A DNA stretch of 64,000 nt, taken from the NCBI GenBank assembly GCA_965655095.1, contig OZ296659.1:61318001-61382000 (forward strand), in the 5' to 3' direction. Source of the DNA: Haplodiscus bocki. Taxonomy: Eukaryota. Below are positions 26,191-38,157 of this stretch, piece after piece (the stretch's first letter is position 1; every line of letters begins with the position of its first letter). The position numbers and the translations under genes were made by a program. The notes below the pieces were generated by a model. It had not been told where the DNA came from, did no database searches, and worked only from the letters and a program-made list of their open reading frames with translations.

Positions 26191-29100
26191 AGCACAGAAA
26201 TTTCTTTCGGGAAATAGAAGAAGAGAAAAAGTATAAAGCGCCTGCAAAAAGCAAAGGGCAGAAACCCCAGCAAACAAGCGCACGGAAGAATATTCTGCGG
26301 AAGAGGGCACGGGCGAAGCCCCTCAGCAAAAGAGCTGACAAAAAAAGCCCCAGCGAACGAACTGACAGGAGACGCAAGGCCGTATGAAATAGCTTACAGA
26401 AAACTCCTTCGAGAAAGAGCTCACGGAAAAAGCACGTGCGAAAGAGCGTATATAAAAACGCCCTATCGAATGGCCTACGCAAAACGGCCCAGTGAAAATT
26501 GAAAGGTGCCCGGAAAAAGCCCCTTCTAAAAAGTGCAAGGAAAACTCACCCACGAAAAGAAGCACGGAAAAGGACCCCGGGAGAGGAAGCATGGAAAACG
26601 TCCTCCATCAAAACAGCAAGGAAAAAGCCCCCAAGAAAGAGGTAACGGAATATCTCCAGCAACAGACCGCACGGAAAACTCCCTTGCAAACCAACGCACG
26701 ACAAGGGATCCACCGAAGGAGAGCAACAAAAAAACCAACATTAAAAAGTGCAAGGCAGAAGCCACGCTGAAAACAGCACGGAGAGAACCCTGCAAAACAG
26801 CACACGGAAAAAACCTCTGCGAAAGAGTCCGCGGAAGAAGCCCCTGTGAAAGAGATCACTGAAAAAACCCCGCAAAGGAGAGCACAGAAAAAGTGGTCGC
26901 GACAGAGAGCACATTGACAGCCCATTGGGGAGTTTGCAAAGAAAAATCCTCAGAAAACAAATCACGGAAGACAATTCTGCGAAAAAGAGCAAAGAACAAA
27001 ACCCACCGCGGAATAGACCTGAAAAAATGTCCTCACAAAGGACAGAGAAGGAGCACGGAAAAAACCCTGCAATCGAGCGCAAGAGAATAGCCTCTGCGAG
27101 ATAGCGCACAGAAGGAAACCGTTCCGAAAGAGAGAACTGAAAAAGACCCCTAAGAGAGAGAAAGGGAACATGCAAAAATCACCTGCGAAAAAACAAACCG
27201 GGGAGACCCCAACAAAAGAGCGCATGGAAGAAGACCCGTTCAAGAGAAGACCCGAAAAAGCCCTCAGCAAAATTTTTCTCCGAAAAACGCCCTGCAAATT
27301 GGGCACGGCAGGAGCCCCTGCAAAAAAGTCCAAGGAAAATGTCCCCACGAAATACAGCAAGGATAAAAATCTTGTGAAAGAGAGCACGGAAAAAGCCCTC
27401 TTGAAAAAAGAACGAAAATATGCAAAAAGCACTTGCGAAAAAACAAACGGGGAATTGCCAGCAAGAAGAGCGCATGTAAAAAAACCCCGTGAAAGAGAGG
27501 ACCGGAAAAAGCCCTCGGTAAATGATTTCTCCGAAAAACGCCCTGCGAGATGGGCACGGCAGAAGCCCCAGCAAAAGAGTCCAAGGGAATAGTCCCCGCG
27601 AAATACAGCAAGGACAAAAATCTTGTGAAAGAGATCACGGAAAAAGCCCTCTTGAGAGGAAAAGAGAACATGCTAAAAGCGTCTGCGAAAAATTAAACGG
27701 GGATATCCCAGCAAGAAGAGCACTTGGCAGAAGCACCAGGCAATGAGCACACGGAGGGAAGCTCCGAGATTAAGAGCACTGGAGAAAATCCTCTCACAAC
27801 AGATCACGGAAAAAACCCGCGCAAAAGAGAGCACAGAAAAATCTTTCGGGAAATAGAAAAAGAGAACATGTATGAAGCCCCTGCAAAAAATCAAACGGCA
27901 GAAAGCCCAACAAACGAAGGCATGGAAGGAACTTCCGCGGAAGAGGGCACGGGCGAAGCTCCTCAGCAAAAGAGCTCACAAAAAAACCCCAGCGAACGAG
28001 CTCACAGGAGACGCGCGTGGGAACTTCCACACGGCAAGAGGCCGTATCAAAAAGCTTGCAGAAAAAAACTCCCTCATGAAATAGCTCACGGAGAAAGCCG
28101 CTGTGAACTAGCTCACGGAAAAAGCACGTGCGAAAGAGCACTTTTAAAAAGAGGCCCTATCAAATGGCCTACGCAAAACAGCCCAGTGAAAGTGGAAAGG
28201 TGCACGAAAAAAGGCTCTGCTAAAAAGTGCAAGGAAAACTCACCCACGAAGAAAAGCACGGAAAAAGACCCCGGGAAATGGAGCATGGAAAACGTCGTCC
28301 GTCAAAAAAGCACGAAAAAAGCCCCCGAGAAAGAGCTAACGGAAAAAGCTCCAGCAACAGAGCGCACGGAAAACTCCCTTCCAAACCAGCGCACCAGAAG
28401 AGGTCCACCGGAGGAGTGCATGAAAAAAACCAACATTAAAAAGTGCAAAGCAGAAGCCACGCCAAAAACAGCACACGGAAAAAGCTTCTGCGAAAGAGTC
28501 TGAGAAGAAAGTCCCAGTGAAATACAGCAAGTACAAAAATCTTGTGAAAGAGAGCACGGAAAAAGCCCTCTTCAAAAGAGAAAGAGAACAAGCAAAAAAC
28601 ACCTGCGAGAAAACGGGGATATCCCAACAAGAAGAACGCTTGAAAAAAGCAGCACCAAAAAAGCACACGGAGGGAGTCTCCGCAATTAAGAGCACTGAAG
28701 AAACCCCACTCAAAAGAGATCACGGAAAAAACCCGGCAAAAGAGAGCACAGAAAAAACCTTCGGGAAAAAGGAAAAAAAAGAACAAGTGTAAAGCCCCTG
28801 CAAAAAATCAAAGGGCAGAAGTTCCAACAAACGAGCGCACGGAAGAATATTCTGCGGAAGAGGGCACGGGCGAAGCCTCTCAGCAAATGAGCTAACAATA
28901 AAAGCCCCTGCGAACAAGCTGACGGCAAAGGCAAGTGCCAAACAAGCATACCGAAAGAGGTCCCACGAAGTAGCTTACGGAATATGCCCCCGCGAAAGAG
29001 CTCACAATAGAAGCCCGTGCGAACAAGCTCACGGAAAAAGCACGTGCGAAACAAGCACACGGATTGAGGGCCTATGGGACAGCTTACGGAAAACGCTCCG

Positions 29101-32100
29101 GCGTAATAGCACGCGGACAAAGCCCCGCTAAAAGGTGCAACAAAAAAGCCCCCGAGAAAGACACCATGGAAGAACACCCCGTGAAAGTGAGGACGGAAAG
29201 CGGCCCTACGAAAGAAATCAAGGAAGCAACCACAGCTATAAGCGCACGGAAAAATCCTCAACGAACAAGCGTCCGAGAATGGCCCCAGCAGAGGAGTGCA
29301 AAGAAGAACACTCTGCAGTAGAGAGCACGGAAGAAGCTCACCGTGAATGAGAGCACGTAACAAGCCCCTGCAAACAGAGCATGGAGTAATTCCCTGAGAA
29401 AGAGTGCACGGAAAAAAACCCACGGGTAAGAGAGCACGGTGAAAGTCACACGGGAAAAAGAGAACAGGAAAGGCCCCTGCGAAATATCGCACGGATGAAG
29501 CATCAGCGAAAGAGCACCAGGAAAAAAGAGGAAATTTTTGCGAGAGAGGGCACGGAAAGCCCCCCGCGGAAAACACCAGGGCAAAAGTCCACGCGAAAGA
29601 GAGTAAAGGAGCACAGAAAAAACCCGTGTGAGCAAGCGCTCGAGAAAAGCCTCTGCGGGGAGCGCACGGAAGGAAACCCCTGCAAAAGAGAGCATGAAAA
29701 AGTCCTCCGTGAAGAGAAAAAGAGAAAACTCAGAAAGCACCTGCGAAAAAACAAACAGGGAAACCCCAGCGAAAGAGCGCTTGGAAGAAGACAACGTTAG
29801 AAAAAGACCAAAAAAACCTTCAGCAAAGAAGCTTTCCGAAAAAAAGCCCTACCAATTGGACACGACAGAAGCCCCTACGAAAGAGTGCATGGAAAAAGTC
29901 CACGCGAAGTACAGCATGGATAAAGAATCCTGTGAAAGAATGCACGGAAAAAGCCTCTGCAAAAAAACTCATAGAAGAAGCCCCTGTGATAGAGGTCACG
30001 GAAGAAACCAGGCAAGGGAGAGCACAAAAAATGTGCTCGCGATAGAGAGCACAACAAAAGCCCACAGTAGATTTTGCAAGCAAAAAGCCCCCAGAAAAGG
30101 GATCACGGAAGACATTTGTGCAGATAGAGCAGCGAAGAATCCCACCGCGGAAAAAACCAGGGAAAACCTCCCCGCAAAAAAACAGAAAAAGAGCACGGAA
30201 AAAACCCCTGCGAACAAGCGCACGAAGAGAGCCTCTCCGAGAGATCACACGGAAGGAATACCCCGCGAAAGGGAGCACGAAGAAATCCCTCGGGAAGAGA
30301 TAAAGACAACGTGGAAGAAGCCCCAGCAAAGGAGTGCATGGAAGAAGACCCCGTGAAAAAGAAAACCCTAAGAAACCCCTCAGCAAAAGAGCGCTCCGAG
30401 AAACGGCCTCGCCAATTAGGCACGGCAGAAGCCCATACCACAGAGCGCAAGGAAACTGTCCGGGTGAAAAAGAGCATGAAAAAAAACCCTGTGAAAGAGA
30501 GCACAGAATTAACCTTTGCGAAAGAGCGCACGGAAAAAACTGCTGCGAAAAGCCCTCGTAAAAAAGCCCCTATCCTCCAATCAGAGCACGCAGAGAGCCC
30601 CAAAAAAACAACACAGAAAAAACTTCCGCGAAAAAGAGCACGACCAAGCCCCCACGAAGAAGCGCAAAGAAAAACCCCCTGCGAAAAGGAGCACGGAAAA
30701 GGCCCGTGCGGAAAAGGGCAGGGATGAAGCTTCAGCAAAGGATCATCTGGAAAAGTACCCCGCGAGTCAGAGCACTATAAAAGCCCCACTCGGAGGAGAG
30801 CGAAGAAGAGGCTCTCGCGAAATAAAAGCACATTGAAAGCCCAATAGAGAATTTGCAAGGAGGAATCCCCCAGAAAGTAGGTCACGGAAGACAATTCTAA
30901 GAAAAAGGGCAGAGAAAAAGCCCACCGCAGAAAAGACCACGAAAAATTTCCTTGCAGCAGATAGAAAAGGAGCACGGAAAAAACCCCTGCAATCAAACGC
31001 AAGAGAATAGCTTCTGCGAGACAACGCACAGAAGTAAACCATTGCAAAAGAGAGCACGGAAAAAGCCCCTTATAGAAGAGGAAGAGAACATAAAAAAAGC
31101 ACCTGCGAAAGAACGAACGGGCGAAACCCCAACAAAAGAGCGCACTGAAGAAAACCCTGTGAAAGACATTACCGAAGAAACCCCTCAGAAAAAGAGCGCT
31201 CCGAAAAAGACCTTGCCAATTGGGCACGACAGAAGCCCCTACGACAGTGTGCAAGGAAAAAGTCCCCTTGAAGGAGTGCTTGAAAAAGGAACCCTATAAA
31301 AGAGCTTACGGAAAAAGACCCCGCGAAGATAAGCACTGAAAAAACTGCCAAAGAACGCACGGAAAATGCCCGAGCGAATTAGTGCCCCAATTTTGCCCCT
31401 TCTAAAAGCCACACAGAAAAAGCGCCGGCAAAAAAGCTCAAAGAACATGCACCTCCGAAGGAACGCGCGGAAAAAGCACCCGAGAACAGTCACACGGAAA
31501 AATCCCAAGCAAAAGAGCACATGGGAGAAGCTCCGCGAAAGAGTGCGCGAAAAAGGCCCCAATAAACAGGGCACGGGAAGAGCCCTGCGAAAAAGCGGGA
31601 GGAAAGAACCCCTGTGAAGTAGTGCTTGTAAAAAGCATAGCAAAAAGTGTGCGCGGAAAAAGACCCCGCAGATGAGAGCACGGAAGGATACCCCGCGTAA
31701 GTGAGCACCACAAAGACAAACACCAGGCGAAAGAGCACAAAAAAAGACAAAAGTCCATGTAGAGGAGCGCATGGAGAAACATCTGCAATAGCGCGGACGG
31801 AGAAAGCCCCTGCGAGAAGGTGCAAAAAGCTCCTGCACTAAAACGCAGGGAATTAGCTTCTGCGAAAGAGCTCAAGCAAAAACCGCCCACGAAATAGCGC
31901 AAAAAAAGTTGCGAACTAAAAAGCTCACAGAAAAAACCTCTGCACAAGAACTCACGGAAAGACCTCCTGCAAAATTCTGCAAAACAGGGACAAAAAACCC
32001 CCCTACGAATGAGCGCCCGGAAAAAACCTCTGCCGGAAGAGTGCATGGGAAAAACCCCCGCAAAAGAAAACACGGTGAAGGAACCTGCGAAGGAATGCAG

Positions 32101-33059
32101 GTAAGAAACCCGACAAAAAGGAGCACCACGGAAAAAACCCCACGCGAAAGAAAGAATAGAAAAGCCCCGTGAGGGAGGGCGCGGAAAAAACCTGCACACA
32201 AAAGCGGACACAGAAAGCCCCTGCAAATAAATGCACTCAGAAAGCCCTGCAAAAAAGCGCACGGGAAAAGCCCCTGCGAAAAAAATTCACGCAAAAAGAC
32301 CCCGCGAAATGATGCAAGGAAGATGCCCCTGCAAACGAAGGCACGAAAAAAGCCCTGGGAAAGAACTCACGGAAAAAAAACCCTTGCAAAAAATTACACG
32401 CAGAAGCCATTGAGAAAACTGCTGGGCAAACATCCGCGCAAAAGAGCTTACGGAAAAAAATCCCCGCGAGAGGATAAAGCTACAACGGAATAGCAGACGG
32501 AAAAACACGGTAAACGAGCACGGAAAAAAATCGCGAAGGAGAGCACGGAAGGAGACCCGGGGAAGATGAACAACACGGAAAGAAGCGCACGCGAAGGAAA
32601 GCATGAAAAAGCACCTCAGAAGGTGCTTAAGGAGAAAAACACTGCCAAGAAGCGCACGAAAGACCCCCTGCGAAAGAACTCACGCAAAAAAACCCGCAAA
32701 ACTACGACAAAAAAATCCCGTATGAATGAGCACCCGGGAATAGCCCCTGCGGAGGAACTCGCGCAAAAAACTCCCCGCGAGGTAACGCACGGATAATATC
32801 TCAATAAAGGAACTCGCGCAAGAAGCCCTCGCGAAAAAGTGCACGGATGAATTCTCAGCGAAACAACGTATGTTAAAAGCCTCTGCGCGAAAGAGCGCGT
32901 TTTAAAGGGCCCCTCGAAAAGAGTGCACGGAACAACACTTCGCTAAGGAAACCACGGAAGGAGACCGCGCGAGAGTGAGCACCACGGAAAATGCTCCAAG
33001 CGGAAGAGAGCGCGGAGAAAGCCCATGTGAAGGAGTGTGCAGAAAAACCCCAGCAAAAA

Positions 33060-36000
33060 AGGCAAACGGCCTTATTCCCAGCGAAAGACCACAAGAAAAA
33101 GCCACAGGTGGAGGGAAGCACGGAAAAACTCTTTGTGAAGGAGCGCACGCATAGTCCCCTGCAAAAACGCGAACAGCAAAAACCCCTGCAAAGCGGCGCT
33201 TTGGAAAAACCCCTGTGAAAGTGCGCACGGGTTTAGCCTCTGTGACGGAACTCACGCAGGAAGTGCCCTCGAAAAAACGCACAGAAACTTCCCCAGTGAA
33301 GGAGATTACGGAAAAATCTGCCGCGAAGGAACTCATGGAAAAACCCGCATGCAGAAGAGCAAATGGAAAAAGTCCTTGCGAAAGATCGCGCAGAAAAAGC
33401 CCCTTTGAAAAAGTGCGCGAAGAAAACCGTTTCAGAGGAAAGCAGGGAAAAACCCTTGTGAAGAAGGGCACGGAAAAACATCCTGCAAAAAAGGCGCACG
33501 GATAATGCTCCTGCGAAAAAGCGCACGGAAAGACACCCTGCAAAAGATGGCACGGAAAAAAACACTGCTAAACAACGCACGGATGAACCCAACGTGAAGG
33601 AGCGGGTGGCAATGCTCGTGCAAGAAAGCAAAGGCAAAGAAATACCAGTCAAAAGCGCACGGAACAGCCTTTGCGAATTAGCACACGGAGAAACCCCATG
33701 CGAAAGGGCGCACGGAAAAAGCACCTGCAAAAATGCCCATGAAAAAAACGTGTGCGAAAGAGCTCACGGAAAAACACCGCAGAGGAGAGCACGGAAAAAA
33801 AGTCGCAAAGGAGAGCACGGAAGGAGACCCGGGGAAGGTGAACACCACGGAAAGAAGTGCAAGCGAAGGAGAGCATAGAGGGTGCTTACCGAGAAAAACA
33901 CTGCAAAGGAGCGTTCGGAGAAAGCACCTGTGAAGTAGCGGAATTGAAAATTACCTGGCGAAAGAGCGCACGGGAATAGCCCCTGCAAAAGAAATCGCGC
34001 AAGAAGCCCTCGCGACGCGAAAAGGCGCACGAATATATTACCAGCGAAAGGGCTTACAAAAGAACGGCCCCCAAGGAGCTAATGGAAAAAGTTCTTGCGA
34101 AAGATCGCGCAGAAAAAGCCCCTTCGAAAAAGTGCGCGGAAAAACCCTTTCAGGGGAAAGCAGGGAAAAACCCTTGCGAAGAAGGGCACGGAAAAACATC
34201 CTGCAAATACGGCGCAGGGTTAATGCCGCTGCGAGAAGGCGCACGAAAAGACACCCTGCAAAAAAGGGCACGGACAAAACCCTGCGAACAAGCGTGCGGA
34301 GAAAGATCTCGCAAAGGGGTGCACGCGAGGAGACCAGACGAAGATGAACACCTCGGAAAAGTCCCACATGAAAAAGTGAATGGAAAAGCTCCTGCGAAGA
34401 AGCGCACGGATAAAGCCCATGCCATTGAATTCACGCAAAAAACCTTTGCGGAAAAATGAACGGAAAAATTCCGAGCGAAAGATCATTTGGAAAGAGCCCT
34501 TGCGAAGGAGCCCACAGACAAACCTTCCTGCGAAAGAGCGCGCGGAACAAGTCCACGTGAAGGAGCGGACGAAAAAAAAACCCTGCAAAAAACCGCAAGG
34601 ATGAAAACCTCGCGAAGGGCAGCACGGAAGGAGACCCGAAGGTGAACACCACAAAACAAAGTACACACGAAAGAGAGCATGCAAAAGCCCCCACAAAAGA
34701 GAGCATCGAAGAAACTCCAGAGAAGACGTGGACTGAAAAATCCCTGCAAAAGAGCGGACGTAGTTAGCCTGTGCGAAAGAACTCAGGCAGAAAGCCCCCG
34801 CGAAATGGCGCACAAAAATTCCCAACAAAAAAAACGCAAGCAAAAAACCTCTGCGGAAGAGCTCACGGGAAAAACATTTTTGAAAGAGCGCACCGAAAAA
34901 CACCCTGCAAAAAAGGGCACGGAAATTGACCTCATAGAGGGGTGCACGCAACGAGACCAGACAAACATGAACACCTCGGAAAAACCCTACATGAAAAAGA
35001 GAATGGAAAAGCCCCTGCGAAAGAGCGCACAGAAAAAACCTCGCCAAGGGGAGCATGCAAGGTGACCCCACGAAGATGAACACCCCGGTAAAACCTCACA
35101 TGAAAAAGAGGATTGAACAGCCCCTGCGAAGGAGCGCACCGACAAAACCCCTGACAGGAAACTCACGCGAAAGACCCTCGCCAAAAAAATGAACGGAAAA
35201 ACTCCCAGCGATGGCTCGCTTGGAAAAAACCTCTGCGAAAGAGCTGAAGGAAAAAGCCCTTGCGAAAGAGCGCACCGAAAAACACCCTGTGAAAAAAGCG
35301 CATGGCTTTTACCCCTGAAGAAGAGCGCACGGAAAAGCACCCTGCAAAAAAAGGCACGAAGAAAACACTGCGAAAAAGCGCACGGAAAAAAACCTTGCGA
35401 AGGGGAGCACGCAAGGAGACCCAACGAAGTTAAACAACACAGAAAAAACCCCACATGAAAAAGAGAATGGAAAAGCCCCTGCGAAGAAGCGCACGGATAA
35501 AGCCCATGCCATTGAATTCACGCAAAAGACCTTTGCGGAAAAATGAACGGAAAAAATCCTAGCGAAGGATCATTTGGGAAAAGCCCCTGCGAAAGAGCCC
35601 ACAGACAAACCTTTCTGCGAAAGAGCGCACGGAAGAAGCCCACATGAAGGAGCGGACGAAAAAAAACCCTTCCAAAAACCGCACGAATGAAAACCTCGCA
35701 AAGGCACCACGGAAGGAGACCCGATGAAGGTGAACACCACGGAAAAAAGTCAACGCGAAAGAGAGAATGGAAAAGCCCCCACGAAAGAGAGCACCGAGGA
35801 AGCCCCCGAGAAGAAGTGCACTGAAAAACCCCTGCAAAGGAGCGCACGGAGTTAGCCTGTGCGAAAGAACTCACACAGAAAGACCCCGCGAAATGACGCA
35901 CAAAAAATCCCAACAAAAGAGCGCTAGCAAAAAATCTCTGCGATAGAGCTCAGGGGAAAACCAACTTGCGAAAGAACGCACGGAAAAAGCCTCTGCGAAA

Positions 36001-36900
36001 GAGCTCTCAAAAACAGTCCCCGCGAAACAGCGCACAGAGAAATTCCCAGAGAAAAAGTGCACGGAAAGTCCTGCGGAAGCGATCAGAGTTCACCGAAAAA
36101 CCCGTTTGTGAAAGAGGGCAAGAAAACAGTTTTGCGAAGTAGCGCAAGGAAAATCCCCTGCGGCGGAGTGCTCGGAAAATGCCTCTTCGAAAGAGCGCAC
36201 GGAAAAAACTCTTGCGAAACAGCGCACGACAAGAGACTGTCTGATGAGGCGCAAGGCAGAAGCCCTTGCGAAGGAGCGCAAGCAAAAGACACCCGCGAAC
36301 GAGCACACAGAAAAATGCCAAGCAAGGGAGCGAATGGCAAAAGCTGCGCGAAAAAGCGCCCAGAGAAAGTCTTTTCTAAAGGGCGAATGGAAAAGTTTCC
36401 AGCAAAAGATCGCATGGAAAAAGCCACAGGTGGAAGAAAGCACGGAGAAACTCCTTGTGAAGGAGCGCACGCATAATCCCCTGCAAAAACGCGAACAGAA
36501 AAATCCCTGAAAAAAAAACACACTGGAAAAACCCCTGTGAAAGGGCGCACGAGTTTAGCCTCTGTGACGGACCTCACGCAGGAAGTGCCCTCGAAAAAAC
36601 GCACAGAAACTTCCCCAGCGAAGGAGATTACGGAAAAATCCGCCGCGAAGGAACTCACGGAAAAACCCGCATGCGAAGGAGCAAATGGAAAAAGTACTTG
36701 CGGAAGATCGCGCAGAAAAAGCCTCTTTGAAAAAGTGCGCGGAGGAAACCCTTTCAGAGGGAAGCAGGAAAGCCCTTGTGAAGAAGGGCACGGAAAAACA
36801 CACTGCAAAAGGGCGCACGGATAATGCCCCCGCAAAAAGGCGCACAGAAAGACACCCTGCAAAAAAGGGCACAGAAAAAAACCCTGCGAACAAGCGCGCG
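33060..36900 (+). repeat. Dispersed duplication, ~33060-33560 vs ~36380-36900 (offset 3322)
   Basis: ORFs 33215 and 36537 share LASVT(E/D)LTQEVPSKKRTETSP(V/A)KEITEKSAAKEL. Confidence 0.85.
34370..35960 (+). repeat. Duplication, ~34370-34870 vs ~35460-35960 (offset 1087)
   Basis: Minus-strand ORFs MNSMAWALSVRFFAGAFPF start at 34434 and 35521. The marker GGATAAAGCCCATGCCATTGAATTCACGCAAAA is in both. Confidence 0.85.
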
Positions 36901-37790
36901 GAGAAAGACCTCGCAAAGGGGTGCACGCAAGGAAACCAGACGAAAGTGAACACCACGGAAAAGCCCCACTTGAAAAAGAGGTTGGAAAAATCCCTGCGAA
37001 GAAGCGCACGGATAAATCCCCTACTCAGAAACTCACGCAAAAAACCCCCGCGAAAAAAAGAACGGAAGTACTCCCAGCGAAGGATCTTCTGGAAAAAACC
37101 TCTGCGAAAGGGCCCACAGACAAATTTTTCTGCCAAAAACAGCACCAAGGAAGCTCCAGAGGCGAAGTGCACTGAAAAACCCTGCAAAAGGGAAACCCGC
37201 GCACGGAATTAGCATGTGCGAAACAACTCACGCAGAAAGCCCTCACTAGATAGCGGTCAAAAAGTCCCAACAAAAAAGCGCTAGCAAAAAATCTCTGCCA
37301 TAGAGCTCACGGGAAAACCAACTTGCGAAAGAACGCACGGAAAAAGCCTCTGCGAAAGAGCTCTCAAAAACAGTCCCCGCGAAACAGCGCACAGAGAAAT
37401 TCCCAAAGAAAAAGTGCACGGAAAGTCCTGCGGAAGCGATCAGAGTTCACCGAAAAACCCGTTTGTGAAAGAGGGCAAGAAAACAGTTTTGCGAAGTAGC
37501 GCAAGGAAAATCCCCTGCGGAGGAATGCTCGGAAAATGCATCTTCGAAAGAGCGCACGGAAAAAGCCCTTGCGAAACAGCGCACGACAAGAGAATGTCTG
37601 ATGAAGCGCACGGCAAAAGCCCTTGCAAATGAGAGCACGCAAAAGACACCTGCGAACGAGCACACGGGAAATTTCCAAGCAAAGGAGCGCATGACAAAAG
37701 CTGCGCGAAAAAGCGCCCAGAGAAAGTCCTTTCTGAAGGGCGAACGGAAAAGGTCCCTGCGAAGGATCGCATGGAAAAGGCTCCTGCGAA
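35890..37790 (+). repeat. Duplication, ~35890-36440 vs ~37250-37790 (offset 1357)
   Basis: ORFs 36057 and 37414 both begin MHGKSCGSDQSSPKNPFVKEGKKTVLRSSARKIPCGG. Confidence 0.88.
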
Positions 37791-38073
37791 AGAGCCTACG
37801 CACAAACCCTTCTTCGAAAGAGCGGACGAAAAAGAACCCCGCAAAAAGGCGCAAGGAAAAAGACCTCGTGAAGGGGAGCACGCAAGGAGACCCGACGAAG
37901 ATGAACACTACGGTGAAAAGTCCACGGAAAGGAGAGTACTGAAAAAACCCCTGCGGGAGTGCATTCGGAAAAAAAACCCTGCAAGAAAGTGAACGGAGAA
38001 ACTCCCAACGAAAAATCGCACCGAAAATCTTACTGCCAAAGCAAACGGGAAAATCCCATGTTGATGAACGCTT

Positions 38074-38157
38074 GGAGAAACCCTCGCAAAGAAAATGCAC
38101 GGAAAAAGGTCTTGCGGAGAAACCCTCGCAAATAAAATGCACGGAAAAAGGTCTTGC
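38074..38157 (+). repeat. 42-bp direct tandem duplication (1 mismatch)
   Basis: GGAGAAACCCTCGCAAA(G/T)AAAATGCACGGAAAAAGGTCTTGC is at 38074-38115 and 38116-38157. Confidence 0.93.

Larger units (their letters stand above)
13270..28900 (+). repeat. HOR domain 1: seven copies of a ~1.0-kb block, each followed by a variable number of 419-bp units; more diverged copies continue to ~31200
   Basis: The marker CCAACATTAAAAAGTGCAA (ORF motif KTNIKKCKAE) falls in ORFs starting at 13832, 16498, 20160, 21560 and 24639, and recurs at ~26735 and ~28430. Spacings of 2666, 1400 and 3079 equal ~985-990 plus 4, 1 and 5 x ~419; the 3662 spacing is about 6 units plus an extra short module. Confidence 0.9.

Noticed and set aside
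14275-28640. CRISPR-like array (conserved palindromic head plus intervening sequence)
   Set aside because: The intervening segments are ~120-200 bp, come in only two repeated types and are themselves satellite-derived. There are no unique spacers, leader or cas genes.
13270-28900. Diversity-generating retroelement or antigenic-variation cassette array
   Set aside because: Differences between copies are not adenine-specific but largely CpG-type transitions and indels. No reverse transcriptase, recombinase or expression-site gene is present in the window.
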